In this document: in pieces, positions 46,339 to 56,078 of the stretch | Layout of the letters: each line of letters starts with the position of its first letter | Numbering within the stretch: the stretch's first letter is position 1 | Virus record (IMG/VR): IMGVR_UViG_3300045911_000130 | Span: 39,464-103,463 of that record | Source: a virus | DNA: 64,000 nucleotides | Reading direction: 5' to 3' (one strand) | The notes under the pieces: model-generated | The model's input: the letters and a program-made list of their open reading frames with translations, nothing else | What the model was told of the DNA's origin: nothing | The model's database searches: none | Position numbers and translations under genes: made by a program

Positions 46339-48205
46339 CGGTCCTCCTTTTGATGGCGTTCATAACCTTGGGCGAACGGCGCTTGATGCGCTGCGATATC
46401 AAGGTGCTAACGTCTCCCTTGGTGTACTTAGAGCGCATGAATTCTCTGAAGGCATCGAAGTCCTTAAAGGCTCTGCGCTCATCCGGGTAAAGCTGTCCGA
46501 ATAACTTCAATTGGGCATCGCTGATTTCGCCAGTGCGCCATTCGGAATTCATGGCTCCCACCAACTTCTCGGCGGGAGTCATGTAGCTCTCGGCGATCTT
46601 GAATGTTTCGCCTAAATTGCGTCCCATCTGTAACGGTGATCGGATGCCCTTGATGGATCGAAAGACCTGCCAAACTCCTGCCGTATTCTTGGCGACGATG
46701 TAACTCTTGAAGTCCGGCAAGGAAAGCTCAAAGCCTCCGCCGGGCGCGGCCAGCCAAGCCATATTGCTGAATGCTCGAACTTCCGTAGGTGTGGATTGCT
46801 TGGCGAATAAGTCGATGCGCTCGGAAATGGCTTGAAGATCAAACATGCTTTTGGCGTCTGAAAGATCAAGCTTCGGTTGCTTCGCCTGTAATCGCGCAAC
46901 CTCAGCCACAACTTCTGTCATGCGCTTGCCGCGTGTGTCGAACTTGGGGTTAAGACCGAATAAGCTGGGAACCGATGTTAGATTGTGGCGTGTGCTCACG
47001 TCCACAAAATCCAGAACGATGGCGGCTTTTTTGACGTAGCCGATCTCTAATTGTTGCGCCTGCCGATAGGCGACTTCCTCAGGGCTCGGATGGGGCCGGA
47101 GAACGCGGCCAAACATCTGGCGGTACAGCGTCTCGCTCTTGGTCGGCCTGCCCATGAGGGCGACCGTCGCGATAGTGGCGTCAAACCCTTCCGTGAGAAG
47201 CGTGGCGCTGCATAGGACGGGGATCTTGCCAGCCTTGAACTCGGCGATGATGCGTTCGCGCTCATCTTCTGGGGTCTTGTAGTTCAGGGCGACCGCTTGG
47301 ATGCCGCGCTCCTGGAACTTGGCGGCAAGATCCACGCCATGCTGGATATCGACGCAGAATGCCAGTGCGGGGAGACCTGCGCCGTGTTCGAGATACTTGC
47401 GGACGATCAAATCGTTGCGCTCGGGGGTGTTGACCGTCTTTTCAAGTTGGGCGATGTTAAAGTCGCCTGCGGTGGTTTTGACGGAATCAAGCTCAATGGT
47501 CGTATTGATGCGATAGCTTTCCACGTCGGCAAGATAGTTGTTCTGGATGTACCAAAGCAAGTCTCGCTGTGAGACAATCTCATCGAAATACAAGTCCAAG
47601 CCTTTGTTGTCGGCTCGCTTGGGCGTGGCGGTGAATCCTATCAGAAGCTTTTCAGGGTTGTTATACCTGGGGTCGTTCTTGAATACGTCGAAGTAGCGGC
47701 ATACATTGGCGTAAGTCTCGCCGTGAATGTGGTGCGCCTCGTCGATGATGATAATAGGGAAGTCTGCGGGATTGAATCGCTTGATGCGGTCATTCCACTG
47801 GTCGGCAAGCTCGTCGCTAAAGTCGAATACTTCAGGATCAAACAAGCTGCTCTGCTTGTCTTCTTCCTCAGGTGCGCTCTTGAGTCTGCCGATAGATGGG
47901 ATGCTGGCGACAATGATATCCGCGAATTGAGTAGCGCGTTCCTCGGCGCGTTCTACCTGCACGTTCAGTTGTGGGTTGTAACGTGCAAGCCGGGCGGCCA
48001 AGTCCTCAACAAGCTCTTTCCTGTGAACCAGGACAAGAACCTTCTTTCCGGGTCCAAGTAGCTTTTTGTAAACCTTGGGTATGTATGCAATCACGTTGCC
48101 TTTGCCGGTGCCAGTTGGCATGACAATAAGTTGCCGTTTCACTCCCGCTTCAAAGCGATTGAGCGAATTGACAAAGACTTCGCGTTGATACTCCCGAAGT
48201 GGCAT
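46313..48205 (-). CDS. SF2 DEAD/DEAH-box helicase (ResIII/Irc3-like)
   Basis: 'MPTGTGK', 'DEAHH', 'GFTATP', 'LTEGFD', 'QMFGRVLR'. Confidence 0.9.
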   Translation of the reverse strand: MPLREYQREVFVNSLNRFEAGVKRQLIVMPTGTGKGNVIAYIPKVYKKLLGPGKKVLVLVHRKELVEDLAARLARYNPQLNVQVERAEERATQFADIIVASIPSIGRLKSAPEEEDKQSSLFDPEVFDFSDELADQWNDRIKRFNPADFPIIIIDEAHHIHGETYANVCRYFDVFKNDPRYNNPEKLLIGFTATPKRADNKGLDLYFDEIVSQRDLLWYIQNNYLADVESYRINTTIELDSVKTTAGDFNIAQLEKTVNTPERNDLIVRKYLEHGAGLPALAFCVDIQHGVDLAAKFQERGIQAVALNYKTPEDERERIIAEFKAGKIPVLCSATLLTEGFDATIATVALMGRPTKSETLYRQMFGRVLRPHPSPEEVAYRQAQQLEIGYVKKAAIVLDFVDVSTRHNLTSVPSLFGLNPKFDTRGKRMTEVVAEVARLQAKQPKLDLSDAKSMFDLQAISERIDLFAKQSTPTEVRAFSNMAWLAAPGGGFELSLPDFKSYIVAKNTAGVWQVFRSIKGIRSPLQMGRNLGETFKIAESYMTPAEKLVGAMNSEWRTGEISDAQLKLFGQLYPDERRAFKDFDAFREFMRSKYTKGDVSTLISQRIKRRSPKVMNAIKRRTDAKKRSSR

Positions 48206-49008
48206 TAGGTGCGGAACACTACGCGATCATGAGGGACGGCTGTGATGCCGGGGTACATATCGCCAACCTTGTCGCCATACGTGGTTACGGCTCCACGGCA
48301 AGCTTGGTCGTTGGCTATCAAGAATGGGACCATCGACTTGTCGCCGCGCTCCAGGCGCTTGGCGCATTCGATGATAAGCTTTTCCAAGTCCACTTGCGGA
48401 ACAAGCCTATCGGTTACAGAAGCTTTTGCGCCGCTGATAGATTGCTTGGCGACCGCCTCATTGCTCACCATAGGCATTGGGATGTTCATGCCGGACGGGG
48501 GCGCGTCGTCCAGGCTGAAAGAGTTAAGCGCTTCGGCTTCCTGAAGGGCCTTGCGCTGCTTCTCTTCGGCCTCGCGCACTTGCGCGACATAGCCGCGTAT
48601 CTCATCGGCTGCATGTTTCTTGACGGCTTCGGCTTCCTTGACATAGGAAGCTTCGGCGTTGGTCCAAGTCTTCCATACCTCATGCCAGCGAGTCTTGCCT
48701 GCTTCAAACGTAGACTTGGCAAGCTTGATGAGTTTCTGGGCCGCGACTCCGGCAATCTCCGCCTGTGCCTTAGTATTCAGGTCAGTCACCTTGAGCGACT
48801 TGTACCCAACTACTTCGGCTAGTAGCATGTTAAGGGCATCGCGTTCGGCCTTGTCAATGCCGGTGCTGGGGTCCATCGTGGCAACGATGGCGGCAAGCCG
48901 GGCGGCGTCTATTGATTCAACCTGCGTCCCATCATCAAACATCATTGGTCTTTCGGGCATTAGCGGCGGCCTTTCTTCGCATGGTTCAGGGTTAGGGCTG
49001 CTCTCCAT
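48205..49008 (-). CDS. Hypothetical coiled-coil protein of the recombination cluster
   Basis: 267 aa helical; coupled to the helicase gene. Confidence 0.6.
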   Translation of the reverse strand: MESSPNPEPCEERPPLMPERPMMFDDGTQVESIDAARLAAIVATMDPSTGIDKAERDALNMLLAEVVGYKSLKVTDLNTKAQAEIAGVAAQKLIKLAKSTFEAGKTRWHEVWKTWTNAEASYVKEAEAVKKHAADEIRGYVAQVREAEEKQRKALQEAEALNSFSLDDAPPSGMNIPMPMVSNEAVAKQSISGAKASVTDRLVPQVDLEKLIIECAKRLERGDKSMVPFLIANDQACRGAVTTYGDKVGDMYPGITAVPHDRVVFRT

Positions 49009-49622
49009 ACGTTGTAATCGTGATCGCTGTTATATGGAGTCAGCTTGTAACATATATCATAGCCTTGGTCGTCGGGCCAAAGCAATAACCCAAAGCGTTT
49101 AACTTTGGGTAATATTAAGTCAATTGGGGGAAGATTTGCAAACTCTCCTATCTTCTGATACTTCATCATGGCGGCCATGAGTGCATAGGCTGCGGTCTGA
49201 TAGGCGGTGCTCTTGGCGGGGGCGTTGGCGGTATCGCTGGACTTGGCATCGACGATTGCCAAAGAACCATCGCGCCATTCGGTAACTTGGTCTATCGTTC
49301 CGGCATACCAGCCGGGCTCGTGGTATCCCGCCTTTTCCACTACCAGCATCTTTGGCATTTCCGTCTCAAGATACTGGACAATGCCGCGATGGAATCTGCG
49401 AACGGCGGGGGCCGTCGCATCGAAATCGAATTGACCAGCGATAGTCAATTGCAGCATCTTATGAATAGCGCTGCCTCGTCGCCGGTGAAAATCGTTCTTC
49501 TGGTGGTATGCCGGGGTCAAGCCTTCCTCTGTGAGAACGGTGGTAACGCTCGGCATTTGCGCCATTCCTAGGAAATACTGGTGCTGCCTTTCCAGGAATC
49601 GGAATTCGCGATTGTTGGTCAT
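48960..49622 (-). CDS. PD-(D/E)XK exonuclease (RecB/Cas4-like)
   Basis: 'PSVTTVL', 'RGSAIH', 'YAGTID...IVDAKS...YQTAAY'. Confidence 0.85.
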   Translation of the reverse strand: MTNNREFRFLERQHQYFLGMAQMPSVTTVLTEEGLTPAYHQKNDFHRRRGSAIHKMLQLTIAGQFDFDATAPAVRRFHRGIVQYLETEMPKMLVVEKAGYHEPGWYAGTIDQVTEWRDGSLAIVDAKSSDTANAPAKSTAYQTAAYALMAAMMKYQKIGEFANLPPIDLILPKVKRFGLLLWPDDQGYDICYKLTPYNSDHDYNVWRAALTLNHAKKGRR

Positions 49623-49849
49623 TACTCGTCGGGCGTCACCTTGACCGATGGATATTTGTTTTTGATGTGGGCGTGAAAATGCTTTCCGGGGCTTGAAGCC
49701 TCCATGAACTCTTTCGCATCCTGGGGCGTGATTGTGCTGTAATCGAACACTGCGCCATTACTGAATTCAATGCGTAGCGTGTTGCTTTTTTCGTCGTAGC
49801 CTGCCTTGCTCGTAAAGCTGCTACTGAGGTCTTTCATGCTAAAGCTCAT
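49622..49849 (-). CDS. KTSC-domain protein, leaderless
   Basis: 'SSS...GYD....TLRIEF.NG..FDY...EFMEASSPGKHFHAHIK'; TGcTATGTT 6 nt before the ATG. Confidence 0.85.
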   Translation of the reverse strand: MSFSMKDLSSSFTSKAGYDEKSNTLRIEFSNGAVFDYSTITPQDAKEFMEASSPGKHFHAHIKNKYPSVKVTPDE

Positions 49850-49952
49850 GGCAATAACATAGCATGATGAAGGGGTAAAAACAAGGCCCAAACGTTGCGG
49901 TTTGGGCCTTTTGAGTTGAGGATTGAAAAAGATAGGGGCGTCTAGCGCTAAG

Positions 49953-51851
49953 TTAAACCAAGTCGAATTCGCTCGTACCCTGGGGCTGCTCGGCGACGAT
50001 CTGCGCGATAGTCGCATCCACGTTTTCGTCGGAGATTTGAGCGATGGGTAAATTACCGTTTCGCTTGCTGATCTCCGCTTCCAGTACGGGGAGCGGCGTG
50101 CCGGTGGCCTTGGAATTCTCGATCAACTTGTATGCGCTATCGCTCTTGATGGCGACTCGCAAGTAAGACTGCATCGATTCGGCCTCATTCGCATTGATTC
50201 CGGTCTTTGCCAGGAATTTGACCGTATCTAGGCTGTTCATGCCTTTTACGGTGCCGAACTCTGCGGCAAGCGTGGCGGTTGCCTCGGTGAACATGGGGAG
50301 TAAGCCACGGATTTCCACGGCGTCCGCCATTGAGTTGGCAAGGGGTGGCAACGCCTTGAGGCGGTCGGCCAGGAATCGGCCAAGCGCCAAAGCGTCTTCT
50401 TTGAAGTAGCGATAGAGATAGGCGCGTCGATCCGGGGGAGTCAGGGCTATCTCAAACTTGTCTAGGCATGTTGCGTACAAGTCGGCGCGTGCGCTGCTGG
50501 ATGGGATTTCGCGGGCGCTTTGGAGGCCCAAGAAACCCATCATGAGATACGCAACGTTGTTCTTGTCTGTGCCGCTGCGGGCGAAGTGCTTCTGCCAACG
50601 TTCGCCAATCGTGCCGCTCGTGGCGACCTGTGGATCGACTACGGCGGATTGAGTTTGAGGATTGGAAAAAGTAGGGGCGTCTAGCGCTAATGGCTGGGCC
50701 GGTGGGGGCGGCGGCGCTGGGGCCGGGGCGGGACTCGGCGCGGGCGGCGGCTGGGCGGCGGTCGGTTGCGGCGCGGCGTTTTCCTGCGTCGATTTCGGCG
50801 GTACGGGGTCGGGTAGGATGGGCGTTACCGGGGCGGGCGGCGCTGGGGCTGCTGCGGGCGCGGGCGCGGGTTCTGCTGGTGGCGGGGCCGGGGCCGGGGG
50901 CGGTGCTGGGGCTGCTGCTGGGGCGGCGCTGGGCGGTTCCTCCGGGGGTGGCGGCGCAAGTGGCGGCGGTTCGCTCGGGGCGGCGGCGTTGGCTGCTGGC
51001 TTGCGGCCTCGCTTGGTTGCCGGGGGCGCGGCCTCTTCTGTGGGGGCCGGGGCCGGTGCTGGCGCGGGTTGGGCCGGTGCTGCGGTTGCCGGTGCTGGCT
51101 GCGTGACGGGGGCGGCCTGGGCGGGCGCGGGCATGGTTACAACTTTCGACTCTGGGGCCGGGCCGGGCGCTGGCTTGCTTCCCACTTTGAAAGCGTCATC
51201 GGGTGGGGCATCGGCGGGGGCGTTGGCGTCTTCGGCGCTGTATGCAAGCTCGTCGGCGGTGATGGTTCCCACTAAGATTCCAGCTTTGCGCCATGCTAAA
51301 GCCTCGGAACATTTCCCGGTCATGAAATACTGACCTTGAAACCATATCGGGCTGTTCCCTCGGTACTCTTCATAGTAAGCGCGGGCGGTGGTCGGGTGGT
51401 CGTCTCCTTTGATATAGAGCGTGGTATCGACATAGTAACCGTGGTCGTCGATGCCGGGCGTTTGCAAGGGCATACCGTTGTAAAGCCCATTCTTCCGGGC
51501 TGCGCTCCTGTATGCGTCTATGTGGACAACATACGCGGCCTTCTGGCGGTTGGCGAACTTATCGAATCTGAATTCGATATGCACTTCGTTCGTCAACGGG
51601 TCCAACTTGCGGCGGTGACAGAACACGATAAACTTGGCGAATTCTGAGCGGCTAGTATGCTTGGGCGGGCAATCCCGGTGCAATAATAGTAGCTCTTCTG
51701 GCTTCCAGGTGTTCTCCGTGAGTCTGGATAGGTTGTTAAGGAATTCGCTGTAAGGAATTCCCTGGCTTTGTTGTTCGGCCTCGCTGGGCGGCGTTGGCTG
51801 CTCGGGCTGGCCTGGGGTTGGCTTTTGGTCGTTGGTCTCATCCTGAGACAT
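49953..51851 (-). CDS. RecT/Red-beta family ssDNA annealing protein with a long Pro/Ala linker and an extra C-terminal domain
   Basis: 'F..FC....LDPLTNEVH...VVHIDAYRSAA...Y.G...EY...SPIW....FMTGKCSEALAWRKA'. Confidence 0.8.
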   Translation of the reverse strand: MSQDETNDQKPTPGQPEQPTPPSEAEQQSQGIPYSEFLNNLSRLTENTWKPEELLLLHRDCPPKHTSRSEFAKFIVFCHRRKLDPLTNEVHIEFRFDKFANRQKAAYVVHIDAYRSAARKNGLYNGMPLQTPGIDDHGYYVDTTLYIKGDDHPTTARAYYEEYRGNSPIWFQGQYFMTGKCSEALAWRKAGILVGTITADELAYSAEDANAPADAPPDDAFKVGSKPAPGPAPESKVVTMPAPAQAAPVTQPAPATAAPAQPAPAPAPAPTEEAAPPATKRGRKPAANAAAPSEPPPLAPPPPEEPPSAAPAAAPAPPPAPAPPPAEPAPAPAAAPAPPAPVTPILPDPVPPKSTQENAAPQPTAAQPPPAPSPAPAPAPPPPPAQPLALDAPTFSNPQTQSAVVDPQVATSGTIGERWQKHFARSGTDKNNVAYLMMGFLGLQSAREIPSSSARADLYATCLDKFEIALTPPDRRAYLYRYFKEDALALGRFLADRLKALPPLANSMADAVEIRGLLPMFTEATATLAAEFGTVKGMNSLDTVKFLAKTGINANEAESMQSYLRVAIKSDSAYKLIENSKATGTPLPVLEAEISKRNGNLPIAQISDENVDATIAQIVAEQPQGTSEFDLV

Positions 51852-51914
51852 AGTTAGGCTCCTTTGAAAATAGAAACGCGGCGGCCTTGCGGCTGCCGCG
51901 TGGGTGTGCGCTTG

Positions 51915-52166
51915 TTAGGCGCGGATACGAAACGCTAGTCCTTCGGCGGGCTGCTCGCCTGTTACTGCCCAATAGGCGCGGCGCGTGATGGTCAAGGCGG
52001 CGACATACCAGAAGGGAATCGCTAATAGCTCTGGGTGGAATACCAGAACGATTAGGGCAACGGCAATAAAGGCGCATCCTGTCAAGAGAACACGGATAAG
52101 ATCCCATATCCCGTATTGGAAAAGCAAGTAGAGAAGTAGGGCGGCGGCGCAAGCGGCGACAATCAA
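51915..52166 (-). CDS. Small membrane protein
   Basis: Three hydrophobic segments; TTG start with SD AGGAGG. Confidence 0.55.
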   Translation of the reverse strand: MIVAACAAALLLYLLFQYGIWDLIRVLLTGCAFIAVALIVLVFHPELLAIPFWYVAALTITRRAYWAVTGEQPAEGLAFRIRA

Positions 52167-52462
52167 AGCGGCCTCCTGTATACAAGATTCGTGCGCGTGC
52201 TTGCCATGTAGCGGAGTAGTTTACAGGTGTCCAGCCTCATCAGGCTATAGCCTGTTTCTGGGTCTCGTTCGTCCATGCGGCGCATCATGGCGTTAATGGC
52301 GGCGTCTTGGTCCTGTATCGGCCATTGGCTAAACGTGCGTTCCAGGTGGGCGGCGTTGTCGCATCCTAAAGCCTGGGCGGCGGCGTCGGGGCTGAGTGCG
52401 GCGATATCGATGCTGGCGATATCGGGCCGGGCGGCGGTGGTCTGGGCGGTGGTCTGGGTCAT
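52163..52462 (-). CDS. Hypothetical protein
   Basis: MTQTTAQTT..., SD AGGAGG. Confidence 0.6.
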   Translation of the reverse strand: MTQTTAQTTAARPDIASIDIAALSPDAAAQALGCDNAAHLERTFSQWPIQDQDAAINAMMRRMDERDPETGYSLMRLDTCKLLRYMASTRTNLVYRRPL

Positions 52463-52531
52463 GTGGGCGGGCCTCCTGGGCGCTGGCGGGCGGTAGCGGC
52501 TGGGGGCCACTACCGCCGGGCCGGGCGGCTG

Positions 52532-53572
52532 CTATTCCTCGAAGTTGAATGCGCGGGTGGGCGCGTCCTGGGTCATGGTCTCCAGCGTGGCGGAGATTTG
52601 CGCCATCTGGCGGGCGACTACTTCGCGCAAGGGTTCCTGTTTGCGCAAGTCCTCCGGGGTGACTCCCTTGAGGATGTCGCGGGCCTGGGCTGCAATCTTT
52701 TCGAGTTCCACGTCGTTGCAGAGATTCCGGGCGCTGAATGCGTCAAGGAAGTCTGTAATGTTGGTGATGGCGGAATCCCTGAAAATTTTGGGTTTGCCGT
52801 TCTCGCGTTCGCCTGTCAGGCGTTCGGCCAAATTGCTGACAAGTTGCTTTAGGCTTTCACGTAGGGCGAAAGTGATCTCTTCGGCGGCGGTGTTGAGTTT
52901 GGCGTTAAGCTTGGCCGATTCACGCTTCAGTAACTCGGGGTTGACGTTCTCGGCGTCGTTGGGGGTGCTGATTCGCACGAATTCCCAATCGAAGTAAAAC
53001 GTCCTGCGGGCGTCGGCGGTGTTGGGGTAGTCGGCATCGGCGAACACTCCGCGCAAGCGAAGTGCGGCGTCCTCGCGGGCGGCGGCATAGGTTGCCATGA
53101 ATGCGTTAACAAGTTCCTCGCGGCGGCGCTGGTATGCCTGTAATTGCTCGTCGATGGCTTCCACGCTCACGATGGGCGCAAGATACATTCCGTCCTTAAG
53201 CCATGACGTGCGCAAGGTCTGGGAGTAAAGCCACTGGCGGATTTCTCCGTCTAGCTTGGCGATGGCGTCGTATTCCTTGCTGTCGATCAACTTTTTGCTG
53301 GCGGCGATAAGTTCCTTATCGGCGTCAACGTCAATCTGGTCTTTGCGCAAGGTGCGGCGAATTCCAAGCTTGCCGCTTGAAACGGACAATACCCAAGCTT
53401 TAGCTAGGATATCTTCGCTGGTCTTCTTGCTGACAACGGGGCGCGGCGTGGCGGCCTCGCCTGGGAGAATGATATCCTCCAGGGCGGGTATGTCGCGGGG
53501 GGCGGTTGCGATGGTGATGTCGTCGAAGTTGAATTCTTCGGCGGCGGCGGGTGCTTCTAATGTGGTGTTCAT
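52532..53572 (-). CDS. DUF3150-like protein
   Basis: 'SKKLID...DGEIRQWL...GMYLAP...DYP...KPKIFRDS...FLDAF...NL.ND.EL'; next to the AAA module. Confidence 0.6.
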   Translation of the reverse strand: MNTTLEAPAAAEEFNFDDITIATAPRDIPALEDIILPGEAATPRPVVSKKTSEDILAKAWVLSVSSGKLGIRRTLRKDQIDVDADKELIAASKKLIDSKEYDAIAKLDGEIRQWLYSQTLRTSWLKDGMYLAPIVSVEAIDEQLQAYQRRREELVNAFMATYAAAREDAALRLRGVFADADYPNTADARRTFYFDWEFVRISTPNDAENVNPELLKRESAKLNAKLNTAAEEITFALRESLKQLVSNLAERLTGERENGKPKIFRDSAITNITDFLDAFSARNLCNDVELEKIAAQARDILKGVTPEDLRKQEPLREVVARQMAQISATLETMTQDAPTRAFNFEE

Positions 53573-53595
53573 GGTGGTGTTAACTCCTGTGATCT

Positions 53596-53638
53596 AGTTT
53601 ATGTGGTGTTGGTGTTGGGTGCAAGTATCTTTAGTACT
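53596..53638 (-). promoter_or_regulatory. GTAC-box promoter
   Basis: AGTACTAAAGATAC-TTGCAC-N17-TAAACT. Confidence 0.7.
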
Positions 53639-53666
53639 AGCACCCTGAAATATTGCGGCGGCGGTG

Positions 53667-53867
53667 TTAGTGGCGCTGTTCGACCTTGGCGGCCTGTGTT
53701 AATGGGCGGGATTGCTTCCGGGTGATCTTCTCAGTACCTCCAGCTAAGCGGGACATTGCCGTAATGAATTCGGCGGCGTTCTGGTGGTTAGCGGCGCTAA
53801 CCTTATCGGTTTCGGTCTTGATGGTGCCATCTTCCAGGATTGTGATTTTGAACGTATCGCGGGCCAT
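53667..53867 (-). CDS. DUF2997-like small protein
   Basis: 'FKITILEDGTIKTET...A.EF...LAG'; TAATG coupling to the upstream gene. Confidence 0.55.
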   Translation of the reverse strand: MARDTFKITILEDGTIKTETDKVSAANHQNAAEFITAMSRLAGGTEKITRKQSRPLTQAAKVEQRH

Positions 53868-54226
53868 TACTTCGTTACCTCGTATTGGGTGAGTCCCTGT
53901 TTCGTTGTGCTCTTCTTTAGGCTCCATCCGAACTTCTTAGCCTGGGTCAAAACTACTCCATTGGAGTAGGCGCGTTTGATGCGCTTGGCGACTTCCTGCG
54001 CTTCCTCGTCTTCCTGATCGTTGGTGAGACTCGCTTTGTATGTGCGGGTCGTGGTGTTGAATGCGCCAAGATAGCGGCGCGTTTGCTGGTCGTAAAGTTT
54101 CAGCGTATCGGGCTGATAGCTGAGCGCGTTGGCTGTGATCTGGGCATCGGCTAATCCTACTTTCAGGGTTGCCGGGTCCATCTTGTCAAGTACGATTGAT
54201 ACTTCGCGTATCGAGTCACATGGCAT
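53867..54226 (-). CDS. Protein in the DUF1257/Ycf35 position of the module
   Basis: 'MPCDSIREVSI...D...L..GL...IKRAYS..VV..QAKKFGW'; SD AGGAGG; lies between the AAA and DUF2997-like genes. Confidence 0.5.
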   Translation of the reverse strand: MPCDSIREVSIVLDKMDPATLKVGLADAQITANALSYQPDTLKLYDQQTRRYLGAFNTTTRTYKASLTNDQEDEEAQEVAKRIKRAYSNGVVLTQAKKFGWSLKKSTTKQGLTQYEVTK

Positions 54227-54299
54227 AGGTTTTTCCTCCTGTTTGAAATTATATAAGATACAGGGCATAGAATCCTATACCCTGTATCATTTTTAGGTG

Positions 54300-55964
54300 T
54301 TACTCGTCGCGGTCGATGGCGCGGGTGCCGCTGGGGTCATCGCCGATACTTGGGCGCGTGCTGGTCGTGCGGTGGTGGTACGTTCCAGCATAGCTTGCGC
54401 TTACATACTTCCCGCTGCATTCCTGGCGTAGCTTCTCGATCTTGTTCCCGCTGCTCTGGGTGACGTTAACAACGAATTCGGCGGCCTCCATCAGCGTGAA
54501 TCCCATGATGGCGGCGTTCTCGGCGCATTTCTGAATGTCGCGGCCTGCCCATCCTTCGCTATCGGGGATTTGTTGGTCTGGGTCAAGCTTGTACTTGCGA
54601 ATGTACAGGTCCCAAATTACGGCGCGTTCGTCGGCGTTGGGTAGGTCAAAAAAGAACGTGGGCAAGCGAAAGCGGCCTAACAGTTCTGGCGGCATACCTG
54701 CGATCTGGTTGCACGTCGCGATAGCAAGGATCTTGCCTTTCTTTCCGGCGATGGCTGAGACGGTCTTGAGCGCGGCGGCTAGTTGCTGATTGCTCTGGCC
54801 TACAATTCCGGCCTTCATGTCGGCAATGTTGCACGCTACGGTGGGAACTTGGGCCTGGTTTCCGGCGGCCTTCGCCATCATGCTCTTGCCTGATCCGGGC
54901 GGGCCGATTAGGATGCTGCCCGTAACTTCCTCGTCCTGCATCCAGGTTAGGATTTTCCCTAACATTTCCTGCGTTACTCCGCTGCTGTCTCCGGTCGATC
55001 CTCCGAACATCTTTTCGATTTCGTCAAGCCACAATACTACGCGGGTTTCGTTGCGTTCCAGGTAGCGGGCCATGAAGCGCTTGCAGTTGTCGCTGCCTCC
55101 AATGCTGGCGAAGTCCTCGCCACCTCTCCAAACACTCAAGCCGGGTACTTGCTCAATGGTGCGGCGTTTGCGTTCCCATACTGCCTGCACGTCGATGCTG
55201 GTTTGCTTCGTGGCGGCGTCCTGGCTCACGCTCATCGCGATAACTTGCTCGGCGCTGAATGCGGATAAACCCGTCGTGGCGCTGATAATCGCCTTCGTGA
55301 TTTCGGGCGTGGGCGTGATGCCTCCAGAATTCAGGATGCTGTTAGCAATTGCGCCTAGCTCGTCTTCGTTGGGTAGCGGTTCATCGATGACTAGCAAGTC
55401 TTGGGACAATGAGGCGGGCGGCGTGAGACTCGGCGCAAGTAACACTAGGGTCCTCCAAGGGATTTGCGCACCCTTGTATAGATCGCGCAAGTTCCATGCG
55501 GCCTGTTGAACGTCGGGCGCGTCGGGGCTGAGATACAGGTGCGCGTTCATCACAATAACAATGGTCTGCTGGGGCGCATAGCGGGCTACGTGCATAGCCT
55601 CGGCGGGGTTGGTCTTCATGCTGCCTACCTCGATAATCGCGGCGGCGCGTTTCTCCGGCTCCTTCGGGAGATTCTTCGCCTCTTCCTCGGTCATGCACAT
55701 GGCGACAATGGCCTCGTATCCCTTGGGCGTGATGGGCCGAATACCTTGCATGATATCCCAGCAAACAATGGGCGGTACTCCGAATTTCTTGGTAGTCGCG
55801 GCGGCTCGGATGTTCTGAATCGTCGCGGTAGGGTCGGGCGTGGTGATCGCGATTAGCGGCGTTGATACTTGCCGGGCGGCGCGAAATTGTTTCATGCAAG
55901 CGCTAAGCTGCTCTATTGGGGTAACTTGCGCTTCGTTCTTGGGTGCTTCTGTGGTGGCGGTCAT
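54300..55964 (-). CDS. Ycf46-like AAA+ ATPase with permuted Walker motif order
   Basis: Degenerate N-terminal AAA domain; 'F.SIGG.DN.K', 'WLDEIEK', then 'GPPGSGKS', 'IATCN...PPELLGRF...FFFDLP'. Confidence 0.85.
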   Translation of the reverse strand: MTATTEAPKNEAQVTPIEQLSACMKQFRAARQVSTPLIAITTPDPTATIQNIRAAATTKKFGVPPIVCWDIMQGIRPITPKGYEAIVAMCMTEEEAKNLPKEPEKRAAAIIEVGSMKTNPAEAMHVARYAPQQTIVIVMNAHLYLSPDAPDVQQAAWNLRDLYKGAQIPWRTLVLLAPSLTPPASLSQDLLVIDEPLPNEDELGAIANSILNSGGITPTPEITKAIISATTGLSAFSAEQVIAMSVSQDAATKQTSIDVQAVWERKRRTIEQVPGLSVWRGGEDFASIGGSDNCKRFMARYLERNETRVVLWLDEIEKMFGGSTGDSSGVTQEMLGKILTWMQDEEVTGSILIGPPGSGKSMMAKAAGNQAQVPTVACNIADMKAGIVGQSNQQLAAALKTVSAIAGKKGKILAIATCNQIAGMPPELLGRFRLPTFFFDLPNADERAVIWDLYIRKYKLDPDQQIPDSEGWAGRDIQKCAENAAIMGFTLMEAAEFVVNVTQSSGNKIEKLRQECSGKYVSASYAGTYHHRTTSTRPSIGDDPSGTRAIDRDE

Positions 55965-56078
55965 TAGGTGATCTCCTGTCTAGTATCATAGCATGATAAA
56001 GGGTATCGTTTGCAATAGGGGAATGCAAATAATAGGTGATTTTTTGCCGGGCTGGGTACTTCGTGGTACGCTGGCGGC

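Noticed and set aside
50662-51333. 223-aa Gly/Ala-rich plus-strand ORF
   Set aside because: Antisense shadow of the Pro/Ala linker of the RecT-like gene; no RBS
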